Shown here: positions 10,701 through 18,650 of the stretch, piece after piece
How positions within the stretch are numbered: position 1 is the first letter of the stretch
How the letters are laid out: each line of letters starts with the position of its first letter
Assembly (NCBI GenBank): GCA_035493535.1
Contig: DATJIE010000035.1
Location: forward strand, 10,053 to 74,052
Origin: Dictyobacter sp.
Lineage (GTDB): Bacteria; Chloroflexota; Ktedonobacteria; Ktedonobacterales; Ktedonobacteraceae
Direction of reading: 5' to 3'
DNA length: 64,000 nt
Position numbers and translations under genes: made by a program
The notes under the pieces: generated by a model
What the model was told of the DNA's origin: nothing
What the model saw: only the letters and a program-made list of their open reading frames with translations
The model's database searches: none

Positions 10701-11617
10701 GCTATATTGCGTTGAGTCAGATTGAAATCAGTCAGGCACAATATACTCAGGCCGGTAACTATCTGGAACGAGCGGAAGCATGCATGAGGCAGGTGGATGA
10801 TCGTGCAGGGTTGGCAACTCTTCTAAGCAAGCGTGGGCTTATACATACCGCTCTGGGTCAATATACCAGAGCGGTGCGTTGCTACGAAGAAGCTTTGCGT
10901 ATGTTCCGTGAATTGCATCATCCGTTGGATCAGATCTGGGTGGAGTTGTACCGGGGGCGCGTGTATCTATTACAGGGGAAACTTGATCTTGCGGAGAAGG
11001 ATGCGAACGAGGCGCTGACATATTTTCGCGCAGCACATATTGAGCGCGGGCAGGCGTTGGCCTTGCAGCTTCTAGGGGATATTTCTACAAAAAGAGCGGA
11101 TTTCGCAAACGCACGTGGATATTATCAGGGGGCATCAACGCTTTTAGGGACCATTGGAGACTATGTTTGTCAGGCACTGGTGTTGAACGCGTTTGGTGTG
11201 CTTGCTCTCCGTGAAGATGCTCATCTTGAAGCCAGGAATTTTTATGAGCAGGCGCAGGCTATCGCTCGTGAATACAACGTGCGCTATATTGACGCATTAG
11301 CGTTGCGAGGTCTGGGTGATATCGCACAACTGGAGAGTAAGTTAGCTGAGTCCATGCGCTATTATCGTGATGCTGGTCGCATCTTTGCTGCCTTGACATT
11401 ATCGTATGAGCAAGGGGCGGTGTTGTTTCTGTTAGGACAGGTCTATGTGCGTGCGCAAAAGTATCGAGAGGCGCTGGATACCTGGGTCCGGGCGCTGGCT
11501 CTCGATCTGGATTATGATGTGCGTTCAGATCTGCAAGAACAACTTGATATTCTGGTGAACTCGCAACATCTCGAAGCGTTTTATGAGCAATCGCGTGAGC
11601 AGAGTGGATTAGCTTAA
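7721..11617 (+). CDS. CHAT (caspase-like clan CD peptidase) / NB-ARC STAND ATPase / TPR-repeat protein, 1298 aa
   Basis: CHAT dyad candidates IVHFDGHG (H245) and VLSACETA (C318). STAND module: FVGRERELRELD, Walker A GAAGIGKS, Walker B CLLLLDSFEE, LLTSR, GYPLGAELL. The C-terminal ~450 aa are TPR-like repeats (e.g. GDRVGEAQVQCRLGVSLRHLGQTAAAESCLKQSL). Confidence 0.85.
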   Translation: MGETLNVVIQARENGSYEIEVRESWSGYAVRDIFIPPYTSRQITVLQKRLNTLDSSDGELQRIGYRLFSALCGSTNATASDQPVAQDRSVQGVLQGVIQRTLRRRGTVALTLIFGPGCEEFIRYPWELLHNGDHFLLVSGVFTLTRALWRPDAPISCGLPVQPPFRVLYIGSSPIDCAPLETERSFHEMEEALSPLIDAGQVFLDRLEPPTFGQLVRYLNSYGGAGMLDDSETTYPCYIVHFDGHGVYGRLCPAENCETVNDPEVRRCRACGALLTRIKPQTYLCFCDDEGYNSFVDTQSLRRLLLSSDVRLTVLSACETAAVTAEHAVQQQQQQTAIDASLATALVTAQVPAVVAMPFSLQDDLTPIFMYHFYEALASHRTLEEALSRARQAMLIRQQKSWFIPVLYRHVAEGDEGPVPFLASADAVGERAHPLRHLMPPASFVGRERELRELDTVLTNAAVGEETFESNGRMRTRQFYHQIALTGAAGIGKSALAYEVVRRNRDKFPGGIIGISLQDGKTFADALLEIVQAMHISGGTRTNVTTTDGKYRARLVLNVLRSLANRELPCLLLLDSFEEIVDRTELEAWLQFLNELPLETTVLLTSRLNPAHMMVTEGYQGRWYEYRVGKMTNENLLRLFIELAGSSGLDHRIQLDNPKQQQILQEICMLLDGYPLGAELLFGTARSIYGQLYTPEAATRSLEEVRDELHNIPLAGIQAVLEVAYNRLSTLARLLLSYLAAFKLPFNREQIAMLIAPGTLSSVPEVIQQFPDTFTQNEVVSTALAHTWRSARDELVQASFMHFDGNLYTIHLQTRNFALAQLPLEEKRRVHRVVAAYYHHLPQPGAAEWLEAVEHLEAAGELRDLQEAVHVVVRASIALEGEGYLRELLPMLQRAAGYVNRLGDRVGEAQVQCRLGVSLRHLGQTAAAESCLKQSLVIYQQLDQHDLAEHIGWLYYELALLCCITGDFRQANVYAQQGVAVFQSKQHVAGEGWCYIALSQIEISQAQYTQAGNYLERAEACMRQVDDRAGLATLLSKRGLIHTALGQYTRAVRCYEEALRMFRELHHPLDQIWVELYRGRVYLLQGKLDLAEKDANEALTYFRAAHIERGQALALQLLGDISTKRADFANARGYYQGASTLLGTIGDYVCQALVLNAFGVLALREDAHLEARNFYEQAQAIAREYNVRYIDALALRGLGDIAQLESKLAESMRYYRDAGRIFAALTLSYEQGAVLFLLGQVYVRAQKYREALDTWVRALALDLDYDVRSDLQEQLDILVNSQHLEAFYEQSREQSGLA

Positions 11618-11621
11618 TCTT

Positions 11622-12935
11622 TCACTGAATAGTACGAATGATGGGCCGTTCCAACAGGATATAGAGAGTATAGATGCCAACGATAGAGGCGCAGATTGTG
11701 ACCGTGAATGGTCCACCAATCAGCGCGATTAAGCCACTGGCAGGAAAATCTCCGAGGGGGCGAATGCCCATAATACAGAGTGCATTCAGGCTCATCACTC
11801 GTCCACGCATATTGGGTGGCACTCGTGTTTGTAACAGTGTAATTGTTGTCGCGCCAACGCCGTTTTGTCCAATCCCCAGGAATACCAGCATCACCATTGA
11901 GAGCCACAGGTTCTTACTGACCCCAAAGATGAGAAACGCGGCTGTCCAGATAATAAATGAAAGCAGCAGTAAGATACCTTTCTGTTGAAAATCTCCCAGG
12001 GATGCAATGAGCAATGCTCCTAAAAGGACCCCCAGACCGGAGGCTGAGAAGAGTAAGCCAAGTTGCAATGCCTGCAGGTGGAGAGCCTGTGTGGCAAAGA
12101 TAGGTAAGATCAATGAAGTTGATGGGCCAAAAAACAGTAAGGCAGCGTAGCCTGATAAGATCCATGGTAGGGCCGGATCTTTCCCGACAAAGATGAGTGA
12201 CTCACGGACTGCTTCTAACATTGGGACTCGAAGGTTACTGCTTTGACGAGTCGCCTCTGCTGACACATGCAGGAGATACAGCACTACCAGGACCCCAAGG
12301 AAGCTGATCCCGTTTAGAAAGAAGTTGCCTGCATATGCCGCCAGGTTTTCTCTCAGGCTCAGATGTTGTGCGAGATTGGTGAAGAACCCCAGGAAAATTC
12401 CTGCCAGCGTGGGACCAATGAAGGCGACACCGTTAAAAACCGTTGATTGCAAGGAAATAGCGTTCATCAGATCTTCCCGTGGCACCAGCGTTGGTATCAG
12501 TGAAGAGCGCGTAGGCTGATCGAAACTGAGCACTGTGCCGGAACAGAAGGCCAGAACGATAACCATCCAGACCTGGATAACTCCTGTAATGGTTAGAACA
12601 CCCAGTATGAATGCGAGCAACATCGAGAGGCTCTGTGTCACCAGCAAGAAGCGCCGTTTATCGATTCTGTCGGCAACACTGCCACCAATGAAAGCAAAAA
12701 GAAAAAAGGAAGCGGCCTGTGCCAGAGATACAATCCCTAGCGCAATGGGAGAATTGTGTGTTATTTTGAGCACAAGCAGGCTTTGCGACACGATCTGGAG
12801 CCATGTTCCTATAGAAGAGACGATCAGGCTGATCCATAATAAGCGGAAATCGCGATAGTGTAATGCTCGAAACGTTTGTAATTTTTTTGGTGGCGTGTTT
12901 TGTTGTGAGGCAGTTTGTATAGGGGGAATTGTCAT
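11622..12935 (-). CDS. MFS transporter
   Basis: 12 predicted TM helices. MFS motif-A-like GGSVADRIDKRR sits between TM2 and TM3. Confidence 0.85.
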   Translation of the reverse strand: MTIPPIQTASQQNTPPKKLQTFRALHYRDFRLLWISLIVSSIGTWLQIVSQSLLVLKITHNSPIALGIVSLAQAASFFLFAFIGGSVADRIDKRRFLLVTQSLSMLLAFILGVLTITGVIQVWMVIVLAFCSGTVLSFDQPTRSSLIPTLVPREDLMNAISLQSTVFNGVAFIGPTLAGIFLGFFTNLAQHLSLRENLAAYAGNFFLNGISFLGVLVVLYLLHVSAEATRQSSNLRVPMLEAVRESLIFVGKDPALPWILSGYAALLFFGPSTSLILPIFATQALHLQALQLGLLFSASGLGVLLGALLIASLGDFQQKGILLLLSFIIWTAAFLIFGVSKNLWLSMVMLVFLGIGQNGVGATTITLLQTRVPPNMRGRVMSLNALCIMGIRPLGDFPASGLIALIGGPFTVTICASIVGIYTLYILLERPIIRTIQ

Positions 12936-13199
12936 GTTTTGAATATCCTATCTGTGTCGCTCTTCTTCTTGTAGCAATTGTATGAGTAAGAAATGCTATT
13001 CAGAATTGAACTCTTCTGTACGTGTTGGCTCTGTCTTCTGCTATGATGTATACATGTGTGTTATTAACCACATGCTATTCTAGCATAAAATATTCTGCGG
13101 CAATATAAAAAAATAGAGGAGTTTGTAGCTTGCGGGATTTTCAGATTGATGTTTTATGCGTATAGAGCATCAAGATCAGAGCGGCAAGGGATGAGGGAG

Positions 13200-13261
13200 G
13201 TCAGAGAGCTTGGTCTGTAAAGCTCTCTGACTTGATGTGTCTTATAGTCGTGGGAAGACAC
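13200..13261 (-). terminator. Two tandem stem-loops immediately downstream of mraY (possible terminator or RNA stabiliser)
   Basis: GTGTCTT/AAGACAC (13237-13261) and GTCAGAGAGCTT/AAGCTCTCTGAC (13200-13231). No clear U-tract follows, hence low confidence as a terminator. Confidence 0.35.
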
Positions 13262-13265
13262 TCTC

Positions 13266-15302
13266 TTATCGGTTTGATGGAATGCGTAAGAGGCGCATGA
13301 GCCAGTTTGTAGGAGGTGTTGCGGAGAGTGTTGAAGTTGAAACACCGTCCAGACCCAGAGGGGCTGATGGTGTCGTATGGCTAGTCTGGGTATAGGCCTG
13401 TTTCAAGTCTGGTGTAATCTCAAATTTCGCATTTGAGAGTGGTTCTGTGACCTGTTTCAGACCTGATCCGGTAGGGTGCGCATCGAGCATCTCATCGTCA
13501 TTATCAGGGCATGCTGTAGAATTTGTGCTCTTTCTTGTTTCTTCTGCCCGAACCGGTTCAAAGGGATTGGGGAGGTCGGCTGGTGCTCGATTGCCACTCA
13601 GTAGTTCACCCTGCGCTTGTAGATGTTTGAGGATCTGATCGCGCCGAATTGGTTGTGTCTCATGGTGTTCTAGTGTCATACGTTCTTCGACTTCTTCGAG
13701 GAGATGGATGATCTCCGGTCGTAAGACGCGATTGCGTTCGGGAATACGCGTCCATTGTGCCAGAGCAGCTGGATAATAGCCAGCGCGGTAGCAGTAAAGT
13801 CCAAGCATGGCACGAGCGTCAAAGATGGGCATCCGTTGCCAGAGCGCTAATTCTTCTGCTGGTGTCTCGATGACATCCGCACTTGCCTCAATTACCTCAA
13901 CGAGATGATACAAGCGCAAGCGCATAATCTGATAGGGATAGCCATAGTATAATGCCAGTCGTTGTCGTCGTGAATTCTCGACGTGATATTTGCCAACAAA
14001 ATACTTTTTCGACCATGAACCGCTTGACCAGATGCCGCCAGCCAGCAGGATCACAAGAAAGCGAACAACATAACGTTGCCAGGGGAAAGGAACCAGCGCA
14101 ACAGTGACACCCAGGATCGCGAAACAGGCACCCAGCGCCCATGCTCCATAAACCAGACGACGGCGATCCCAACCCAGTAGATCAAAGTGATGGTGAAGAG
14201 GCGTTGCCAGAAATGGGAGAGGAAACTCTGTATGTGGGATAAATTTGCCCTGACCCTCAAAGCGTAAACTGGTAAGGTGACGACGGAAGAAGCGGGTCAA
14301 GAGGCGGGCGGAGATCAGCGCGGAGAGCCCTTCCAGCACAAATGCGCCGCCGATCATCAAGAGCAGCGTTTCGTTACGAGAAAAGATAGCAGTCATCGCC
14401 AGGATACCACCCAGTCCTAACGCGCCACTATCACCCATAATGATTTTTGCTCGACGTTTGGCTTTGTTACGACGAGCAGCCCAGGCGGAAGGCCAGTTCA
14501 GCGGTAGATAACCCAGCACGCCACCGGCTCCGAGCAATGCCAGCACTTCAAGTACAACACCGTTTGGTTGGTTGCCTACCAGACCAGCAACAACGATACC
14601 AATAGCTAATGATGCGCTGAATACCAGTCCACCAGCCAGGCCATCCAGACCATCGCTAAAGTCCACGGAAACCGAGGTAAAGCTGCCAATACAGCCCGTC
14701 ATCACCATCAGGAAAATCAGCCAGCCATAGAAAGAAACTGGATTGCCAGCCACCGAACAGACATCAGTAGTACCAGGGATCGGCGTTGGGCAGAGAAAAC
14801 TATTGAGAACTGGTAGATCCTTCCAGAAACTATAGGACATCTGACCGCTTTTCGGAAGGAGAAAGAAGTAGAGGGCAGCAGCGATAGCTCCAACCAGAAA
14901 TACTCCGGTGAATTTTACTATCTCAGACAATCCTTCTTTACTGTAGACTTTATTCCAGTCATCGATAAAACCCACCAGCGCATAGCCCAGGGTCGCGCCT
15001 AAAGCGATGAATAGCAGGGTCCATTGATCACGATCAAATTTCAGTAGATACCCGGCGGCAACGCCAGTACCCAGAATCGCAAGGGTGAAGGCGGGACCAC
15101 CAACCAGTGGTAATTCCATTGATTTAATTTCGGTGCCCTGACCCGGAAGGAGTTCGACCCGGTGTGTGCCCGGCTTATGTTCACCACTGCGGAATTTAGG
15201 AAAGAGTAAGCGTGCGGCCTGACATAAGAGATAGCTCGCAATGGTACAGATTACAAAGATTATTAGCAGTGACCCTAATAACCAGGGTGAATTTAAACTC
15301 AT
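13266..15302 (-). CDS. mraY: Phospho-N-acetylmuramoyl-pentapeptide transferase (MraY)-like protein with an extra TM helix and a long C-terminal extension
   Basis: GT4/MraY motifs GFIDDWNKV, DGLDGLAGG, IMGDSGALGLGG and the MraY-specific PLHHHFDLLGW. Lies directly downstream of murE. Start taken at ATG 15302 (GGGAG SD) rather than the ORF-track start 15356. Confidence 0.75.
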   Translation of the reverse strand: MSLNSPWLLGSLLIIFVICTIASYLLCQAARLLFPKFRSGEHKPGTHRVELLPGQGTEIKSMELPLVGGPAFTLAILGTGVAAGYLLKFDRDQWTLLFIALGATLGYALVGFIDDWNKVYSKEGLSEIVKFTGVFLVGAIAAALYFFLLPKSGQMSYSFWKDLPVLNSFLCPTPIPGTTDVCSVAGNPVSFYGWLIFLMVMTGCIGSFTSVSVDFSDGLDGLAGGLVFSASLAIGIVVAGLVGNQPNGVVLEVLALLGAGGVLGYLPLNWPSAWAARRNKAKRRAKIIMGDSGALGLGGILAMTAIFSRNETLLLMIGGAFVLEGLSALISARLLTRFFRRHLTSLRFEGQGKFIPHTEFPLPFLATPLHHHFDLLGWDRRRLVYGAWALGACFAILGVTVALVPFPWQRYVVRFLVILLAGGIWSSGSWSKKYFVGKYHVENSRRQRLALYYGYPYQIMRLRLYHLVEVIEASADVIETPAEELALWQRMPIFDARAMLGLYCYRAGYYPAALAQWTRIPERNRVLRPEIIHLLEEVEERMTLEHHETQPIRRDQILKHLQAQGELLSGNRAPADLPNPFEPVRAEETRKSTNSTACPDNDDEMLDAHPTGSGLKQVTEPLSNAKFEITPDLKQAYTQTSHTTPSAPLGLDGVSTSTLSATPPTNWLMRLLRIPSNR

Positions 15303-15423
15303 ATCTACTCCCAAGAACGAATTGAAGGTTTCATACTGCATATGCCAGGAACGCAATCAAAAAAGAGATACGTAGCAAGCGTGTGGCTTGCGCATGTCAC
15401 AGTCATGAATGATTGTTCCACGG

Positions 15424-16950
15424 TTACCTCAATTTCTGTATTTCTTCACGTGCCACCTGTCTATCGTCCCAGGGCAGTTTTTCTCTTCCCATAATAATGC
15501 TCTGCTCATGACCTTTTCCTGCCAGCAGGATGGTATCACCCTGTTGGGCATGAGCAAAAGCTGTGGCGATGGCCTCCCTGCGATCCGCAATACAGAGGAA
15601 ATTTTGCCCTTGTCGTTTTCCTATTTCTTCTGCTCCAGCAGCGATTTCACGGAGGATGCTTTCGCGATCCTCTTCACGTGGGTCTTCATCGGTGATGACA
15701 AAGAAGTCTGCTTTTTGTGCTGCTATACGGCCCATAATTGGTCGTTTCTGTACATCTCTTTCTCCGGCTGAACCAAAAACGACCATTAATTTTCCAGGAG
15801 TCAGAGGGCGGAGAATATTCAATACTTTTTCCAGGCTATCGGCTGTATGCGCGTAATCAACGATCACAGCAAACTGTTGTCCCTCGTCAATACGCTCCAT
15901 TCTACCAGTCACGCCCTGCACTGCGGCTAATCCCTGCGCTATTATAGGGAGAGGGATACCCTGACTGTATGCTGTTGCGATAGCCGCCAGACAATTACTG
16001 ACATTGAAGCGTCCAACCAGTTGTGTTTCAATCATGCCTTCTGTATCGGGCAGGATGACGCGGAAACGCGTGCTATGGGCTTTGAGTTCCAGATCAACGG
16101 CGCGAACCGCGGCTGGTGTATCAATGCCATAGTCAAGAATGGGAACCTGACAGAAAGGTTTGAGGAATTCGTAACTGCTATCGTCGCGATTGAGAATCGC
16201 GGTTGGTTGTGTGCCTAGTGCTTTCTCTCTGGCAGGATCAAGCATCTCAAAGAGCCGAGCCTTGGCGCGGCGATACTCTGCTAGCGTTTTATGGAAATCC
16301 AGGTGTTCATGGGTAATATTAGTGACTACTCCAACGTCAAACAGGCAACCGCGAACGCGTTCAAGGGCCAGACCATGTGAAGTTGCTTCAACAACCGCGT
16401 AGGAAATATCGCGTTTAAGGAGGCGTTGTAGAAATTCCTGTATCTCCAGGGCTTCAAGCGTGCTCTGACGAGTCGTGTTCTCAAATTCTTCGCCTGCGAC
16501 CCTGAAATTGGCAGTCGTCATCATGCCGTTGGGCCGACCAGCGGTTTCGAATAAGGCACTGATGAGATTACTGGTAGTGGTTTTACCATCTGTCCCTGTG
16601 ACGCCGATGGTGCATAGTTGCTGTGCAGGTGTTCCGTAGAACGTCGTAGCGAGATCAGCAAGTGCTTTGCGCACATCAGGAACTTCTATATAAGGGAGAG
16701 GAAGATCCGTCGGTTCTGAGGAGGAACGCGCCTCACCCAGCGCGACAACTGCTCCGCGTTTGGCAGCATCCAGTATATAGCGTTGTCCATCGGTATGGGT
16801 ACCCGGCACCGCGATAAAGAGTCCCCCGGTAACCACTTTTCGTGAGTCATAAGCAAGAGATGTAATATCTGGTAAGCTCTTCAATGCTTCTGGAGCATGA
16901 ATGTGAGTTGGTTGCTGTTCTAATGCAGCAACGAGTGTGTGTATATGCAT
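15424..16950 (-). CDS. murE: UDP-N-acetylmuramoyl-L-alanyl-D-glutamate:diamino-acid ligase (MurE)
   Basis: Mur ligase motifs DSRKVVTGGLFIAVPG and P-loop GVTGTDGKTTT. C-terminal ITDEDPREED lies at the position of the MurE DNPR motif. Confidence 0.9.
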   Translation of the reverse strand: MHIHTLVAALEQQPTHIHAPEALKSLPDITSLAYDSRKVVTGGLFIAVPGTHTDGQRYILDAAKRGAVVALGEARSSSEPTDLPLPYIEVPDVRKALADLATTFYGTPAQQLCTIGVTGTDGKTTTSNLISALFETAGRPNGMMTTANFRVAGEEFENTTRQSTLEALEIQEFLQRLLKRDISYAVVEATSHGLALERVRGCLFDVGVVTNITHEHLDFHKTLAEYRRAKARLFEMLDPAREKALGTQPTAILNRDDSSYEFLKPFCQVPILDYGIDTPAAVRAVDLELKAHSTRFRVILPDTEGMIETQLVGRFNVSNCLAAIATAYSQGIPLPIIAQGLAAVQGVTGRMERIDEGQQFAVIVDYAHTADSLEKVLNILRPLTPGKLMVVFGSAGERDVQKRPIMGRIAAQKADFFVITDEDPREEDRESILREIAAGAEEIGKRQGQNFLCIADRREAIATAFAHAQQGDTILLAGKGHEQSIIMGREKLPWDDRQVAREEIQKLR

Positions 16951-17007
16951 ATATTTTTAATACCATCATTCTTTATAGATTTTTGCACAGACCTGTTTGA
17001 TCAGGAT

Positions 17008-18048
17008 TTAATAATACATTGTACGAGTGCGGTGATACGGACGCATCTCTTCAGTGTGTTGAGCGAGCAACCAGATGCGTTGATCAATATCTGCCGCAAT
17101 GAGCTTGTGTCCTTGCTGGAGCAGTGTTTGCCGTAACAATTCACAGGCCCAGATGGTATTGGCACGTATCTCTATCTCTTCATCGCTTCCTGCTGGAATG
17201 AGTTTTTGATTATCGATACGTTGTGCTAACCCGGTGCTGTATTCCAATATGTTGGCATGACGTAATACTTGTGGCAGTTTATAATCAGCAAAGATCGTTA
17301 GATAGTCCATACGTTGAAATTCCCCCCAATCTTTCCCTCCAAAGGCTCCATACACATCAGCAATGCAGATCTGGGCACGTTTCAGAAAGCGAACCTGTTT
17401 GCCCCGGTAGGTAGCTATATCATGAAATGAAGAGAATTGTTCGGCTAGAAGCAGTGCAAGATTGACGGCATCGCCGTTGGTTTCTGCTATAGCATTCGTA
17501 AATTGCCCATCATACTGTTCTAGCAGGACACGTCCTACTTCACGAGCATTATATACACGTTGTTCGAGTAAGGGAATGACTTCATGACCACGGAAAATAT
17601 GTGTTATGGTAGTTTCTGAAATGGTACGCAGGTACGTCGCATCCCAGAGCGGAATCTGATCTTCTTCAACTGCACGTTTCAGGGAAGCCGCTTCAGCCCA
17701 GTATCCATTAAGTATTGCTCCATGATATTGAATTGTCCATCTGGATTGATGCTTTTCGGCCCAGAAGCAGAAATTGAGTGCATCCAGCAGCAGCAGCCAG
17801 TTGACAGTTTTTTCAGTACCATCAAAGAAATGATACTGATGATGCCAGAGTTCATCTGTGGACGGATGAAGCACTGCCTCGTCACATTGCCAGTGTTGGC
17901 TCATTAGTTCTATCTGATCCAGGTTGATCCACACATGTTTTCCCTGTGTTAGCACTAATCTGGTCGTACTGAGAACGCCTAATGGATCATTCACAGGCAG
18001 TTTGTAACACTCTGATTCCTTGCCATCCCAACGTCTATGATCTGCCAT
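17008..18048 (-). CDS. Queuosine salvage family protein (DUF2419 / QNG1-like)
   Basis: LDALNFCFW and FADYKLPQVLR motifs as in the DUF2419/C9orf64 family. ATG 18048 with a GAGAGG SD is preferred over TTG 18123, because a consensus-like promoter lies inside the longer ORF. Confidence 0.75.
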   Translation of the reverse strand: MADHRRWDGKESECYKLPVNDPLGVLSTTRLVLTQGKHVWINLDQIELMSQHWQCDEAVLHPSTDELWHHQYHFFDGTEKTVNWLLLLDALNFCFWAEKHQSRWTIQYHGAILNGYWAEAASLKRAVEEDQIPLWDATYLRTISETTITHIFRGHEVIPLLEQRVYNAREVGRVLLEQYDGQFTNAIAETNGDAVNLALLLAEQFSSFHDIATYRGKQVRFLKRAQICIADVYGAFGGKDWGEFQRMDYLTIFADYKLPQVLRHANILEYSTGLAQRIDNQKLIPAGSDEEIEIRANTIWACELLRQTLLQQGHKLIAADIDQRIWLLAQHTEEMRPYHRTRTMYY

Positions 18049-18079
18049 GAAGTATTGCCTCTCTGCCTTTTTCGCTTCG

Positions 18080-18108
18080 ATTCTACAAACAAACACTCGT
18101 TTCGTCAA
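18080..18108 (-). promoter_or_regulatory. Sigma-70-type promoter candidate for the queuosine-salvage gene (possibly also murE-mraY)
   Basis: Minus strand reads TTGACG - 17 nt - TAGAAT, about 30 nt upstream of ATG 18048. Confidence 0.4.
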
Positions 18109-18212
18109 TCGCTGTTGTATCAACGAAGCTCTATAATAGGTAATATCGGTAGGTCTGTCCCCAAATTTATTTTAGCGCAATCAGTAGAGAGATGTATGGT
18201 TGCTCGTGGATT

Positions 18213-18262
18213 GTTGAGCTATATATACACGCTGGAGCCGCAGTATGTATATATAGCTCAAC
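18213..18262. repeat. Perfect 16-bp inverted repeat (hairpin) in a non-coding gap
   Basis: GTTGAGCTATATATAC (18213-18228) and GTATATATAGCTCAAC (18247-18262) with an 18-nt spacer. Extendable by one A-T pair. Confidence 0.8.
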
Positions 18263-18650
18263 AGAATGCTGACACAGAGGAACTCTGTGTGCAGGCAAGC
18301 GCAAGTCATATTGTCTCTCTACGCAGCGAATCTTATTCCACATTGACAGAAAGCGTGCGTTTTTCTGACAATACATGACTATTGGTTGGTAGGTTGAACC
18401 GAAACAGCCCAGGGGGAAGCGGTGCCGTAACACCGAAGGCTATCGTGTGCGCGAAGCGAATGGATCGTCCGGTATTTTGCTCAAGTATAGAATGGGTAGA
18501 TGGTGTACCAATATACGTCTCTCGCAGGCGTGCATGAGAGTTATGCACCAAACCATGAAGGTTGTGTCAGGAATAGCATATAATTTTAGCGTAATCATTT
18601 TTTATAGAAGTGACGACAACGCAGGAACAATTTCCTGCGGGAGAAGAGCA

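Noticed and set aside
18049-18212. A preQ1 riboswitch upstream of the queuosine-salvage gene.
   Set aside because: I read the minus-strand leader and found no P1 hairpin followed by the A-rich ...AAAAAACUA tail. The TTGACG-17-TAGAAT promoter leaves only a ~25-30-nt leader, which is too short for a riboswitch.
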